56,949 nucleotides of DNA from Candidatus Iainarchaeum sp. (GCA_043803765.1 JAZDJQ010000016.1:1-56949); one strand, 5' to 3'; shown: positions 28,439 to 39,584, counted from the stretch's first letter. Notes: a model not told the origin generated them from the letters alone. Made by a program: numbers and translations.

Positions 28439-28491
28439 ATTCAGATTGGAGAGGGCATCATTAAAAAGAAAAAGAGAAAATATGTTTCCAC

Positions 28492-28920
28492 ATGGTCTTT
28501 CGATATTTCACTCTAGAAGAGGCAGAGTGCACGCTTCCAAAAGTTAAACGCCACATGACACGCCTCATGAGTGTACACGATGAACTGACTGCATTATCGG
28601 GAGTAAAAATAAGTGCGGACCCATACGATTGGACAACCCACTTACTTGCTATCAATATCAACAAACGCTACCATGAATTATCATTCAAGTATTTTGCCGA
28701 ACTCGAGTCTCTCACAAAAATAGGGTGCTACGTTAAAGACGTGCAACAAGGATTAGTTGATTTCTATTCCAAGATGGGACAAAAAGATATTCTGCTATCC
28801 TGGCAATACGATGAACCCAATTTGTTATATTACCACGACGAGTCCTCTGGAGTGAACCGGCGTATTCCCATTTCCAAACTACGACAAAAATTATTCGAGC
28901 AACAACACGCATTACTTTAA
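28492..28920 (+). CDS. DUF2203 family protein
   Basis: RYFTLEEA, VKDVQQGLVDF, LSWQYDE, YYH...RRIPI. Confidence 0.85.
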   Translation: MVFRYFTLEEAECTLPKVKRHMTRLMSVHDELTALSGVKISADPYDWTTHLLAININKRYHELSFKYFAELESLTKIGCYVKDVQQGLVDFYSKMGQKDILLSWQYDEPNLLYYHDESSGVNRRIPISKLRQKLFEQQHALL

Positions 28921-28947
28921 CAATACGCTTACTTATTCATTTCCATT

Positions 28948-29595
28948 ATGGATCCAACTGAGCGCGCGGGAAAATACAAAGAAAAATACGCGCAGGGCGT
29001 TATTATCCGCGACCACTCGCTAGAAGAATACAACCGCTTCCTTCATACTGCGGGGGAAAACCAGACAATAGAAAAGATTATTCACCGCATTCTTAGAAGA
29101 AAAGAAACATGCCAATTGTTAGATATCGGGTGCGGAAATGGGAACGCATTACACACACTGAAAAAACTCTATCATTCACGCCTTATTACCATTGGGATGG
29201 ATTTGATTCCCCCACAACAGATGGAAGGAATTGATACTTTTATCGAAGGAGATGTTCACGCGCAAACAATACCCACAGAATGCGACCTCATCCTCTCATT
29301 CAGGGCACTCCACGAAATGGGAAAAATTGCCCATTTACTCTCCCGTATTGGAGAATCCCTATCCAAAGGAGGAAGGGCCTATGCCTGGATTCGAATGCGC
29401 GACCGCATCGGAGGAAAGACAGTATTTTTGGGGGAAATGAATGAAACAGAGGAAAAGGAACTCATTTCCTTTTCTAGCAAACAGCATGCGCATTACCGAG
29501 TATTATGCAATCCATCCATCATGCCAATAAAAGAAAAAGAAACTTCTTCCACGTTCATCGCAGGATATTCCATCATGCTATATGCCCCCCTTTGA
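28948..29595 (+). CDS. Class I SAM-dependent methyltransferase
   Basis: LLDIGCGNG motif I. Confidence 0.8.
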   Translation: MDPTERAGKYKEKYAQGVIIRDHSLEEYNRFLHTAGENQTIEKIIHRILRRKETCQLLDIGCGNGNALHTLKKLYHSRLITIGMDLIPPQQMEGIDTFIEGDVHAQTIPTECDLILSFRALHEMGKIAHLLSRIGESLSKGGRAYAWIRMRDRIGGKTVFLGEMNETEEKELISFSSKQHAHYRVLCNPSIMPIKEKETSSTFIAGYSIMLYAPL

Positions 29596-29651
29596 GAACC
29601 CTTTATAGTGATTTTGATACAATTAATTATTCTTCCAGGAGATGATCGTGC

Positions 29652-30275
29652 ATGACCGAACCCAAACCCCTAACCTACAAAAAACTACAAGGATTATCCG
29701 AAAAACAGATCGCGGAACACCATGACATTTTGTATGCAGGATACGTAAAAAAAACGGATGAATTAAGAGAAAAAATAAAGACGGTTGATTTAACCAAAGC
29801 GAACGGCACTTACTCTGATTTGCGCGAAATAAAAATAGAAGAAGGATTCGCAGTGAACGGCGTACGATTGCACGAAGGATACTTTTCCGCACTCGGAGGA
29901 AACGGAGGAAAGCCCAGCGGAAATCTATTGAAAATGATCGAAGAGGACTTCGGAAGCTATGAAAAATGGGAATCCGAATTCAAAGCAATGGGATTAGCAT
30001 CGCGGGGATGGGTCGTATTGGCGTTTGACTGGGAAGATATGAAACTGCATAATTATCTGTGCGACATGCACAACCAAGGAGCCGTGTGGGATTGTTCAGC
30101 TGTTCTCATTCTGGATGTATATGAGCATGCCTATTTCATTGATTATGGGACCAATCGAAAAGCATACATTGATGTATTCATGCAAAACATTAATTGGGGA
30201 AAGTTAGAACAAAAGGCGGATACCTTACGCATGGCCGAAGCAAGGGGAAAAATGGGAAAAAAACAGGAGACTTGA
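29652..30275 (+). CDS. sod: Fe/Mn superoxide dismutase
   Basis: EHHDILYAGY, LHEGY, GWVVL, DVYEHAYFIDY. Confidence 0.93.
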   Translation: MTEPKPLTYKKLQGLSEKQIAEHHDILYAGYVKKTDELREKIKTVDLTKANGTYSDLREIKIEEGFAVNGVRLHEGYFSALGGNGGKPSGNLLKMIEEDFGSYEKWESEFKAMGLASRGWVVLAFDWEDMKLHNYLCDMHNQGAVWDCSAVLILDVYEHAYFIDYGTNRKAYIDVFMQNINWGKLEQKADTLRMAEARGKMGKKQET

Positions 30276-30284
30276 TTTCATGAA

Positions 30285-31508
30285 ATGCGGGAATTTAAGT
30301 TCTCTTTCGAGGAAAATGAAACTATGACACTAGATTCAAATGCAGTGTATGACGTCGTCATCATCGGCGCCGGCCCCGCAGGAGGGAGTGCCGCCATTCA
30401 ATGTGCCAAAAATGGATTGAAAACACTTATCTTAGAGGAACACGCCAGCATAGGGGAGCCCGTGCATTGCGGCGAGTGTTTGAGTGAAATGGCCGAAATT
30501 AGAACGAAAATAAAGTTTCCAAAAGAAGTCATCGCGCGCCCCGTGAAAGGAGTCAGCGTCATTTTTCCGGATGGACATGCTGTCAAACTAACCGAATCAG
30601 GGTACGTCTTGGAGAAACATTTGTTTGAAAAATGGTTGGTAGGGGAAGCGCAAAATGCAGGGAGCGAAATTTCATTATCAACAAAAGTACTAGGGCTCGC
30701 CCGGGAAAAAAACACGTGGAATGTTCAAACAACGCAAGGAGAAGTAAAAGCTAAGCTCATCTTAGATGGTTCAGGTGCGGCAGGAATAGCCAACCGTTTG
30801 TTGAAAATGAACGAACGGTTCAAAGTCACGACAGGAATTCAATACGAAATGTTGGACATCCCAAACGAAGATTATTTGGATTTTTACTTATGGCCCCGGC
30901 TTGCACCCGAAGGATATTGTTGGATGATCCCAAAGAATGATGGAAGAGCCAACGTGGGACTGGTGACGCACGATGTACCAAACGCAAAAAAATACTTAGA
31001 CCAATTCGTAAAAAAAATGAAATGGGAAAACAAAAAAATCGTGAAAACATTTGGGGGGCCGATTCCCTGCTCGGGGCCTGTAAAAAACACGCATGGAGAC
31101 GGAATTCTACTAATTGGGGACGCAGCAGGATTCACTTCCCCATTGTTTGAAGGAGGCACCCAGCTCGGACTAGTATCGGGACGCATGGCAGCCGACGTAG
31201 CAAAAGAATCCATCACCCAAAACAGGCTGGACAAAGAATTTCTATCTATTTACGAGAAAAAATGGAGAAACGAATTTCCTTCCTATGACAAAATAATCAA
31301 GGGGAAAAAAGCACTCTATGGGTTTACCGATGACGAATTATCACGCATTGGCCATTTAATGCCAGACGAATTATCAAACCTAAGCAAGTTTGACAAAGCA
31401 AAAGTAGGATTCAATGTACTATACCGCAACCACGATTTATACAAAAAAGGAGTTGTGGACGCATTCCTCGCATTCGGATACTCAAGAGCAACTCATTACG
31501 GATGGTGA
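30285..31508 (+). CDS. Digeranylgeranylglycerophospholipid reductase-like protein
   Basis: GAGPAG, PVHCGE, PEGYCWMIPK, GDAAGFTSPLFEGG. Confidence 0.85.
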   Translation: MREFKFSFEENETMTLDSNAVYDVVIIGAGPAGGSAAIQCAKNGLKTLILEEHASIGEPVHCGECLSEMAEIRTKIKFPKEVIARPVKGVSVIFPDGHAVKLTESGYVLEKHLFEKWLVGEAQNAGSEISLSTKVLGLAREKNTWNVQTTQGEVKAKLILDGSGAAGIANRLLKMNERFKVTTGIQYEMLDIPNEDYLDFYLWPRLAPEGYCWMIPKNDGRANVGLVTHDVPNAKKYLDQFVKKMKWENKKIVKTFGGPIPCSGPVKNTHGDGILLIGDAAGFTSPLFEGGTQLGLVSGRMAADVAKESITQNRLDKEFLSIYEKKWRNEFPSYDKIIKGKKALYGFTDDELSRIGHLMPDELSNLSKFDKAKVGFNVLYRNHDLYKKGVVDAFLAFGYSRATHYGW

Positions 31509-31689
31509 ATACCGAGTCAGCATCTCTTTATCAGCAGCATGATTGTTAACATGACCGCAAACATGTCATTCTACAAAAAGAACTATCTCATTTCGTAATA
31601 GCTCAATCCGTTATTTTACCCACCTAATTTGTTGTAGCAGCGCGTGTTTATCACGCGGCATTATAATCCTAATTCCTAGGAAAAAAGGT

Positions 31690-33222
31690 ATGCCACGAAA
31701 AATAATCATTATTGGGGCAGGATTAGGAGGACTCGCTTTGGCTGCCCGCCTTGCCCACCAAGGGAACGAAGTGCATCTTTTTGAGAAAAATGCCGCTCCA
31801 GGAGGAAGAGTTACCCAGAGAAAAGTAAGAGGGTATACGATTGATTTAGGACCTAGTTTTTTACTCATGCCAGGAGAATTCGAGGAATTGTTTGCGTATT
31901 GCAGGGAACCCCTGCCAAAAGATTGGGAATTACTACCTCAACATCCGCTCTACCGGCTACATTTTGCAAACCAGTCATTCTTGGACATTGATTCGGACAT
32001 TCCCACCATGCAAAAAAATTTCCACACCTATGACGCCGAAAACGCAGCACAAAACTTCCAATCATTCCTCGACTTTCTAGCATACGAGCAAGAAAAATAT
32101 TCTATTGTGTACGAAAAGTTCATCACGCGACCAACCAAAAAAATTACGTCCCTTATTTTTTCACGCGACATCGTTTCCCTATTCCAATTAGACGGTTTTC
32201 ATTCCATGTGGGAAAACATGCACCCTTTTTTTGATGACGAGAACCTGAAACTCGCATTTAGTTTTCAAAGCATGTACATCGGAGAAAGTCCACTTTTAAC
32301 TCCGGGAACATACAGCATCATTCCATTCATTGAACTAACACAAGGAGCATGGTATCCAAAGAAAGGAATGTATTCCATCATTCAACACATTGAAAAACTA
32401 GCCAAAAAAAAGGGAGTAGTATTTCATTATCAACAAAAAGTAAAAGAAATACTCATTCATGAAAGAAAAACAAAAGGAATTGAGCTTGAAAATGGAAAAA
32501 TAATACATGCAGACGTTGTCATAAGCAACCTCGACTTGCCTGCAACCTATCATTCACTTATCCCAAAAGAAAAAAGAAAAAAATATACAGACGAAAAACT
32601 ATCCAAACTAAGATACGGATGCTCCGCCTTTATACTTTGCATTGGAACAACCGCCCATTATGAACAACTAACTCATCACAATTTTTTCTTCAGTGAAGAT
32701 TATAAAAAAAACATCGACGAAATATTCCAAACACATACTATTCCAATGGACCCCAGTTTTTACGTGAACGTTTCAACGAAAACAAATCCGTCCATTGCCC
32801 CTAAAGGAAAAAACTTATTCTATGTCCTTGTACTCGTCCCCCGTTCAGCTGAAAAGGACGGAAAAAAAGTAGATTGGCCCGCATACAAAAAGGAATACGC
32901 ACAACATGTTATCACATTATTAGAGAAAAAAGGATTGAATGGACTATCTAAAAAAATAAACATGCTGGAAATTCTCACGCCTGACGATTGGGAAAATATG
33001 GTCGGGATGCACCTGGGAAGCACGTTTGGATTATCCCCTATTTTTTCCCAAAGCACTATATTTCGACCTAATCAAAAGAGCGAAGAATTTCAAAACCTTT
33101 ATTTTGTAGGGGCTTCCACTCACCCGGGAGGAGGAATGCCCTTTGTATTGATTTCAGCGAGAACGTGTGAAAAACATATGCAAGACGATTTTGCTTCCAA
33201 GCAAGAAAAAACAACCGAATAG
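31690..33222 (+). CDS. crtI: Phytoene desaturase family (CrtI-like)
   Basis: GAGLGGL, DLGPS, WYPKKGM, NLYFVGASTHPGGGMP. Confidence 0.88.
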   Translation: MPRKIIIIGAGLGGLALAARLAHQGNEVHLFEKNAAPGGRVTQRKVRGYTIDLGPSFLLMPGEFEELFAYCREPLPKDWELLPQHPLYRLHFANQSFLDIDSDIPTMQKNFHTYDAENAAQNFQSFLDFLAYEQEKYSIVYEKFITRPTKKITSLIFSRDIVSLFQLDGFHSMWENMHPFFDDENLKLAFSFQSMYIGESPLLTPGTYSIIPFIELTQGAWYPKKGMYSIIQHIEKLAKKKGVVFHYQQKVKEILIHERKTKGIELENGKIIHADVVISNLDLPATYHSLIPKEKRKKYTDEKLSKLRYGCSAFILCIGTTAHYEQLTHHNFFFSEDYKKNIDEIFQTHTIPMDPSFYVNVSTKTNPSIAPKGKNLFYVLVLVPRSAEKDGKKVDWPAYKKEYAQHVITLLEKKGLNGLSKKINMLEILTPDDWENMVGMHLGSTFGLSPIFSQSTIFRPNQKSEEFQNLYFVGASTHPGGGMPFVLISARTCEKHMQDDFASKQEKTTE

Positions 33223-33271
33223 GTTTCTAATAGGAACAAAAGGAATGAAAATTCCCACTAAAAATGAAACG

Positions 33272-34267
33272 CTATGCTATGGTCGCTCGTCTTGCCGAAC
33301 GCGAACGTGTTTCTACTTGTACGGATTGAGGAATGGGAATAGAATGGTTCCTTGCTTGGGGCATGAGATGATATCCAACCCACGCAACCGCTTTTAGTGC
33401 AGCATGAACGGGAATAGCCATCAGGGTTGCTGCCTTGTATACCGCTGGAAGTTCAGCAAACTGGTCTTGCAACTCGGGTTCGCTCATTAATGCTTGCACA
33501 TGTTCATGAATGCCCGTTGGAATCTGCGCACGCACTTCATGCGCAGGATAGAATTCTTCCAATTGGTATAATCCCATCAAGTGTTTCACTCTGCCTGAAA
33601 AAAAATCCATCAACACACGCGTTCGAGGAACAATAACATGCGCTGAAGGATGCGTTTCCACCGTATCCATTCCTAAGTACATGGACAACCACAAATCATC
33701 TGCAATCACATGCTCAGGAAAACGAACCCCTTTCACTGACTTTGCTCTCACGGCAGTACAGGATGCCTTCCTATCACGCAATGCAAGCGCGGAGAGCGAA
33801 ATATCACTCACTCCAAACAAGAGATGGTCCAAAACCGAATCAGTTTTAGGAGCAATGGAAACATCATTCGCCGAAACCGCATTCAACCCTTTATCAGAAT
33901 GCAACATATGAGTCAAACTAGCCAATGTATCGGGTTGTACTCTGGCATTTGCATCTAAGAACACTACTACATCTTCGCTTTCCATCCGATGCGTTTGTTC
34001 CGTCTTATCTATCAACGCGTTCAATGCCCTCGGTTTTCCAGGAACACTCTCCGTGATAAAATCCATATTCCGATGGGCTTTTTTGAGCCCCTCTAACACT
34101 TCTACGGTGTTATCCTGACAGGCATTCGCACATACAAGTACGTGCATTTTTGAACCAATTCCCTTCGAGGCGTTCACCGAAGAAAGGGATGCCGGCAAAT
34201 TCTGAGCCTCGTCACGCGCCGGCATAAGCACTACGAGTTCATTTTGAGTTGAATTGGGAGTTGTCAT
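33272..34267 (-). CDS. GT2 glycosyltransferase
   Basis: MPARDEA, NACQDNT, GKPRALN, FLDAN, ADDLWL. Confidence 0.82.
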   Translation of the reverse strand: MTTPNSTQNELVVLMPARDEAQNLPASLSSVNASKGIGSKMHVLVCANACQDNTVEVLEGLKKAHRNMDFITESVPGKPRALNALIDKTEQTHRMESEDVVVFLDANARVQPDTLASLTHMLHSDKGLNAVSANDVSIAPKTDSVLDHLLFGVSDISLSALALRDRKASCTAVRAKSVKGVRFPEHVIADDLWLSMYLGMDTVETHPSAHVIVPRTRVLMDFFSGRVKHLMGLYQLEEFYPAHEVRAQIPTGIHEHVQALMSEPELQDQFAELPAVYKAATLMAIPVHAALKAVAWVGYHLMPQARNHSIPIPQSVQVETRSRSARRATIA

Positions 34268-34390
34268 GGCACCACGTGAAAGGTTTGGCCTATAAATACC
34301 TTATCCCCCATTTTGGGGAGAAATAACTCCCTGAATGACATTTAATGGAATAAACGCGCTTTTTTATTCTCGGAAAACCCATGCCGTTGT

Positions 34391-34609
34391 ATGCGTTGGT
34401 CCTACGTTCCCCTGCTCGCTCTAACCATTGTATTCCTGTTATTCGTACTGCTTAATCTCCAATACTATTGGTTGGCTATTCTCCTCATGTTAGGGCTTAT
34501 TCTTTTCGCACTTTTTTACAATCCCATGCATGAAGTACATAAAGCAACATTCCAACCAATGAAAACGAGCGCTTCCAAAACAAAAAGAAAACTAAAAAAG
34601 AAGCGCTAG
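34391..34609 (+). CDS. Small two-TM protein with basic tail
   Basis: 72 aa; hydrophobic N-half; ends KRKLKKKR. Confidence 0.6.
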   Translation: MRWSYVPLLALTIVFLLFVLLNLQYYWLAILLMLGLILFALFYNPMHEVHKATFQPMKTSASKTKRKLKKKR

Positions 34610-34678
34610 CATTTTTTTTTGAAACATTGAAAGGAAGAAAAAAGTCGAACAATTATTTACGCATGTATCGTATCATTA

Positions 34679-35815
34679 TCATTTTGTCTTTTTTACGTAC
34701 ACCGTCTGAGTAGGATATGCAAAGTCTATTCCCGCTTTCTCAAACTCCCGCTTAATCGAGGAGTTCACATAATCCCAAATTTTTAGTAAATCATCCTGAT
34801 CCTGAACAAAGTAAATCACATTCACATCTAATGAATGCGCGCCAAAGCCGGCAAACCAAACCAGCACTTCTTCTTTCTCAGGAGTATCATGCAGTACTCC
34901 ATCCGTGTTATTGATTATTTTACGAACTATTTCTTTCGCTTTGTCCATTTTAATCGAAGTCGTATCATACGTCAACTGCAATGTGATAAATGTTCTCCTT
35001 GCCTTTGCACGCGCCCAATTCTCCACTACCGAAGAAGCAACCTTACTATTTGGAAAAGTGAGAACGCGCCCCTCCCAATTCCGAATCAATGTAGTGCGGA
35101 GATTGATGGCCTCAACCGTTCCCGTATAATTATCAATTGTGATTCTATCCCCAACAAAAAATGTTTTGTTTGAAAAAATAACTAATCCGCCAAATATGTC
35201 TTTTACTGTTTCTTGTGCAGCAAATGCAATAGCTAATCCTCCAATTCCCAATCCGGCAAGCAAAGCAGTAATATCATACCCAAAATTATCCAATGCTAAC
35301 AAAAGCGCCATTCCAATAACGACATACTTTAATGCACGTTTAACAAGCGGAACAAGCTGGTCGTCCAATTTTGATTTCGTTTTAGCTGTCAACTCAAACA
35401 AAAAGCGCTCACTGAACAAATCAATAATTTTGATGAGAATATATACAACAAGTCCTAATCCAATCAATCCAACTACATTATGGTAGAATGATTGTACGCC
35501 CTCGCCGGGAAATGTAAGGAATACTTCCGCCGAAAAAGTAAGGCCAATGATAAACGTCCCATATCGTATCGGAAGAGCAATCGCATCAATGAGAAGGTCA
35601 TCCCAATCACTCTTCGTTTTAAATGCGAGGTGCTTTCCATACGTGGTAAGGGCGTATTCGATTATTCTTCCCAAGAGCAGAAAACCAATCATGGAAGCTG
35701 CATAGAGGAGATACTGCTCGATCGTCGAGCCAAAAACGATGGACTGAAGGGTAAAATCCTGCTCAAACAGGGAAACCATGTCCTTTCTATGAGAGAAAAT
35801 CCTAATAATGCCCAC
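34679..35815 (-). CDS. mscS: MscS mechanosensitive channel
   Basis: LAGLGIGGLAIAFAAQETVKDIFGG, GTVEAINLRTT, GIDFAYPTQT. Confidence 0.93.
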   Translation of the reverse strand: MGIIRIFSHRKDMVSLFEQDFTLQSIVFGSTIEQYLLYAASMIGFLLLGRIIEYALTTYGKHLAFKTKSDWDDLLIDAIALPIRYGTFIIGLTFSAEVFLTFPGEGVQSFYHNVVGLIGLGLVVYILIKIIDLFSERFLFELTAKTKSKLDDQLVPLVKRALKYVVIGMALLLALDNFGYDITALLAGLGIGGLAIAFAAQETVKDIFGGLVIFSNKTFFVGDRITIDNYTGTVEAINLRTTLIRNWEGRVLTFPNSKVASSVVENWARAKARRTFITLQLTYDTTSIKMDKAKEIVRKIINNTDGVLHDTPEKEEVLVWFAGFGAHSLDVNVIYFVQDQDDLLKIWDYVNSSIKREFEKAGIDFAYPTQTVYVKKTK

Positions 35816-36022
35816 TCCTTTCTCCCATTCAAATGAATTTTTACCTATTCCCGCGAACCCGTGTTACAGTTTTAAAAGCGTTTTCTTGGTCTTTGAAGTA
35901 TCCTGAGGGTTGCAGCACTGTTCGGTTAACGTTTAACGTGGGGGAGGCGATTATTTCGTCTTCAAAACTACTATCGTAGACCCCTTTACACCGAGAGCAC
36001 TGCGCACGAGGAGCGGTCCATC

Positions 36023-36259
36023 ATGCTCAAGTCGATAGCGGAACACCATTTAGTACCCCGGCACGAACTTCTAACAAAAGAAGATGCACATGCTCTCCTC
36101 AAGCAATTCGGTCTCGATTTTGATAAACTTCCACGCATCTCTGTTGACGACCCGATGGTGGTGGAATTGAAAGGAAACGTGGACGACGTTATTCGTATTA
36201 CGCGCAACTCGCCCGTAGCGGGAGAAACACTCTATTATAGGAGGGTGGTTCACGCATGA
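36023..36259 (+). CDS. rpoH: RNA polymerase subunit Rpo5
   Basis: HHLVPRHELL, LPRI..DDP, RNSPVAGETLYYRRV. Confidence 0.96.
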   Translation: MLKSIAEHHLVPRHELLTKEDAHALLKQFGLDFDKLPRISVDDPMVVELKGNVDDVIRITRNSPVAGETLYYRRVVHA

Positions 36260-37731
36260 CACAATCCTGGGAACAATATGCCCTCGTTGAGAGCTGGTTC
36301 AAGACGCGCAACTTTGCGCAGATGAACATTGACTCATACAACCAGTTCATTGACGACCGATTGAACGAAATCATCCAAGAAAACAAAACGATTACCCCCA
36401 AAATAGAAGAAGTTCGAATCGAATTAGAAGATATTGAAGTACTCAAACCAAGAATTATTGAAGCAGATGGAAGCCCACGAAACGATTTTTATCCAATGGA
36501 AGCACGCATACGAAACAGGACGTATTCCGCACCACTATTTTTGACAATGCGCTTACTGCGAAGAGATGTAGAACAAGACGTGAAAAAGACCTATATTGGA
36601 GAACTGCCCGTCATGCTCAAATCAAAACTATGCCACTTACAAGGAAAAACGCCCGAAGAACTTATCAGCATGGGAGAAGACCCCATGGACTTTGGAGGAT
36701 ACTTTATCATCAATGGAAGCGAAAAAGCCCTCACCCCCCAAGAAGTGCTTGCTTCCGATCGAATTCTCATCACGGAAGGGGCATCCGACAAATTTTCGGC
36801 CGAAGTCATCTCCACCAAAGGAGCATTCAAAGGTCGCGTGCGCGTAACAAGAAGTAAAGACGGAATGCTCAGCGTTACTTTCCCCGCATCCCCACGAAAA
36901 CTACGATTATTTTCCTTATTGAAAGCCCTTGGACTGAAAGATAACAATGAAGTGTTAGAAGCATTCCCAAAAAACCCCCTTATCATGAACGATATTCTCA
37001 TCAATCTTGAAGCAGATGACACCCAAGATGTGGAAGACGCACTTGACCGAATAGGAAAATACGTGGCGCCGGGGCAAGTAATCGATTACCGCCTACGCAG
37101 GGCACAGGAAGTCATTGACGCATTTTTGCTCCCACACATTGGGGACAGCAAAGAAGACCGACGCGCCAAAGCATTCTACTTAGCCACGATGGCCACGCGT
37201 GCGATTGAACGCGCAATAGGATTACGCGGACAAGACGACAAAGATCACTATGCAAACAAACGATTAGAATTAAGCGGAAAACTAATGGAACACTTATTCC
37301 GACACTCATTCAAATATTTTATCAAAGACTTAACATTCCAGATTGACCGCACCGTAACACGAAGGAGAAAACTCAACATTTCAACCGTTGTACGCCCGGG
37401 CGCTGTTACCGAACGCATCCTATTCGGAATGAGTACTGGGAACTGGATTGGACGATCAACCGGAGTGTCCCGCTTCATGGATAGAGTAAATTATTTAGGA
37501 CCATTAACCGAGTTTAGAAAAGTAAAAAGTCCACTAAACAAGAATCGTGAATTATACGAAGCACGCGATGTGCACGGAACGCATTGGGGCCGCCTCTGCT
37601 GTATTGAAACACCGGATGGACCACAATGCGGATTGGTAAAAAACTTGGCATTATTCTCCGAGGTAACACAAGATGTGCACCCGGGGCCGGTCGAAAAACT
37701 ACTCAAGGAGATGGATGTTTACCTAAAGTAA
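36256..37731 (+). CDS. rpoB2: RNA polymerase subunit Rpo2N (B'')
   Basis: GGYFIINGSE, DDKDHYANKRL, THWGRLCCIETPDG..CGLVKNLA. Confidence 0.96.
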   Translation: MTQSWEQYALVESWFKTRNFAQMNIDSYNQFIDDRLNEIIQENKTITPKIEEVRIELEDIEVLKPRIIEADGSPRNDFYPMEARIRNRTYSAPLFLTMRLLRRDVEQDVKKTYIGELPVMLKSKLCHLQGKTPEELISMGEDPMDFGGYFIINGSEKALTPQEVLASDRILITEGASDKFSAEVISTKGAFKGRVRVTRSKDGMLSVTFPASPRKLRLFSLLKALGLKDNNEVLEAFPKNPLIMNDILINLEADDTQDVEDALDRIGKYVAPGQVIDYRLRRAQEVIDAFLLPHIGDSKEDRRAKAFYLATMATRAIERAIGLRGQDDKDHYANKRLELSGKLMEHLFRHSFKYFIKDLTFQIDRTVTRRRKLNISTVVRPGAVTERILFGMSTGNWIGRSTGVSRFMDRVNYLGPLTEFRKVKSPLNKNRELYEARDVHGTHWGRLCCIETPDGPQCGLVKNLALFSEVTQDVHPGPVEKLLKEMDVYLK

Positions 37732-37750
37732 ACACGTGCGAGGAAAAAAC

Positions 37751-39568
37751 ATGACACCACAAGAAGGAAAAGTGTTTGTTAATGGAAAACTCATAGGTTT
37801 TCACGCCGACATTCACAAGTTGACGAAAGAGTTAATCAACAAACGCCGCACGGGAAAAATAGACGCCCACGTGAACATCGCCCTGCACAGCGATAATAGT
37901 GAATTATACGTTAATACGGACGCTGGACGCGTGCAGCGACCGGTAGTAGTCGTTGAAAATGGAAAGATGCGCATCACCAAAGAGGTTATCAAGCAAATCC
38001 GAGATGGAAAGCTCACGTGGAACGATTTAGTCAATCAAGGATACATCGAGTACCTTGACTCTGAAGAAGAAGAAAATGCCAACATTGTTCTGCGGGAAGA
38101 AGACATTACAAACAAAACAACCCACATGGAAGTCAACCCCGTCGGAATATTTTCTACCATCAGCTCCATGATTCCCTTTTTGGAACACAACCTGGCAGGA
38201 AAAACACTGCACGGTGCCAAAGTGTTCAAACAAGCATTAGGACTGCCATCCGTTAATTACAATTTACGCACGGATACCGAATCCTATTTGTTATATTATC
38301 CTCAGCGCGAAATCGTACGAACCAAAACGCTTGATTTTCTTAACACCGATCAACGGCCGATGATCCAGAACTTTGTAGTGGCCATCATGCCCTACATGGG
38401 ATTCAATGTGTTAGACGCTCTTGTACTAAACCGAGGTTCGGTAGAACGCGGACTTGGACGCGCAGCTTATTTCCGCAACTATGAAAGCGAAGAAACACGC
38501 TATCCGGGTGGACAAATTGACAAGTTTGAAATTCCCATTGAGGAAGTCGTAGGACACTTAGGAGAAGACCCCTACAAAAAACTAGGAGCAGACGGATTAG
38601 CCGAACTTGAAACAAGTGTATCCGACAAAGACGTGATTATTGGAAAGACATCTCCCCCCCGCTTTTTGGAAGAAATAACCGAGTTTGGTGTTATTCAAGA
38701 AAAGAGACGCGAAGCATCCCTTTTTCCACGCAAAGGAAAGCCCGGCCACGTGGACCGAGTGGTAGTAACCGAAGGAATGAGCGGTGCACGCATTGCCAAA
38801 GTAAAAGTACGTTCCAATATGATTCCAGAGCCCGGGGATAAATATGCGTCCAAACATGGACAAAAAGGAGTAATCGGAGCAATCATCCCAGAGGAAGACA
38901 TGCCTTTTACTGAAAGCGGAATTAAACCCGACTTAATTCTCAACCCGCACGCCATTCCCACACGTATGACGATTGGACACATGCTTGAAATGCTCACAGG
39001 AAAAAGCGCCGCGCTATCAGGAAAACCCATTGATGGCACCCCATTCAATGAAACACCGGTTGAGGATGCACGAAAACTATTAGAAGAACACGGCTTTCGA
39101 CCCGATGGAAAAGAAGCATTCTATGATGGAAGAACAGGAAAAAAAATAGAAGGAGAAATCTACACCGGAGTTATTGCATACCGGCGATTATTCCACATGG
39201 TATCACACAAACTACAAGCACGCTCACGCGGACCGGTGCAAGTGCTAACACGACAACCCACCGAAGGAAAAGAGAAAGAAGGAGGACTCCGATTTGGTGA
39301 AATGGAAGGAGAAACACTCGTAGGACATGGGGCCGCCATGCTCTTGCAAGAAAAATTCATTGACGACTCAGACAAAGTCACCGAGCTCGTATGCGAAAAC
39401 TGCGGTGTTATCGCCGTAAATGACCAAATACGGAAGAAACGATTCTGCCCCATGTGCGATGGTTCAGCCGTATATCCTGTGCAAATGTCATACGGTTTCA
39501 AACTATTGTTAGACGAGCTCAAAGCATTGGGAATCTATCCCAAGATGCGCTTGGCGGACAAGGCGTGA
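37751..39568 (+). CDS. rpoB1: RNA polymerase subunit Rpo2C (B')
   Basis: GDKYASKHGQKG, NPHAIPTRMTIG, GGLRFGEME, C-terminal Zn ribbon. Confidence 0.96.
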   Translation: MTPQEGKVFVNGKLIGFHADIHKLTKELINKRRTGKIDAHVNIALHSDNSELYVNTDAGRVQRPVVVVENGKMRITKEVIKQIRDGKLTWNDLVNQGYIEYLDSEEEENANIVLREEDITNKTTHMEVNPVGIFSTISSMIPFLEHNLAGKTLHGAKVFKQALGLPSVNYNLRTDTESYLLYYPQREIVRTKTLDFLNTDQRPMIQNFVVAIMPYMGFNVLDALVLNRGSVERGLGRAAYFRNYESEETRYPGGQIDKFEIPIEEVVGHLGEDPYKKLGADGLAELETSVSDKDVIIGKTSPPRFLEEITEFGVIQEKRREASLFPRKGKPGHVDRVVVTEGMSGARIAKVKVRSNMIPEPGDKYASKHGQKGVIGAIIPEEDMPFTESGIKPDLILNPHAIPTRMTIGHMLEMLTGKSAALSGKPIDGTPFNETPVEDARKLLEEHGFRPDGKEAFYDGRTGKKIEGEIYTGVIAYRRLFHMVSHKLQARSRGPVQVLTRQPTEGKEKEGGLRFGEMEGETLVGHGAAMLLQEKFIDDSDKVTELVCENCGVIAVNDQIRKKRFCPMCDGSAVYPVQMSYGFKLLLDELKALGIYPKMRLADKA

Positions 39569-39584
39569 AAAGGAGGAACGAACC

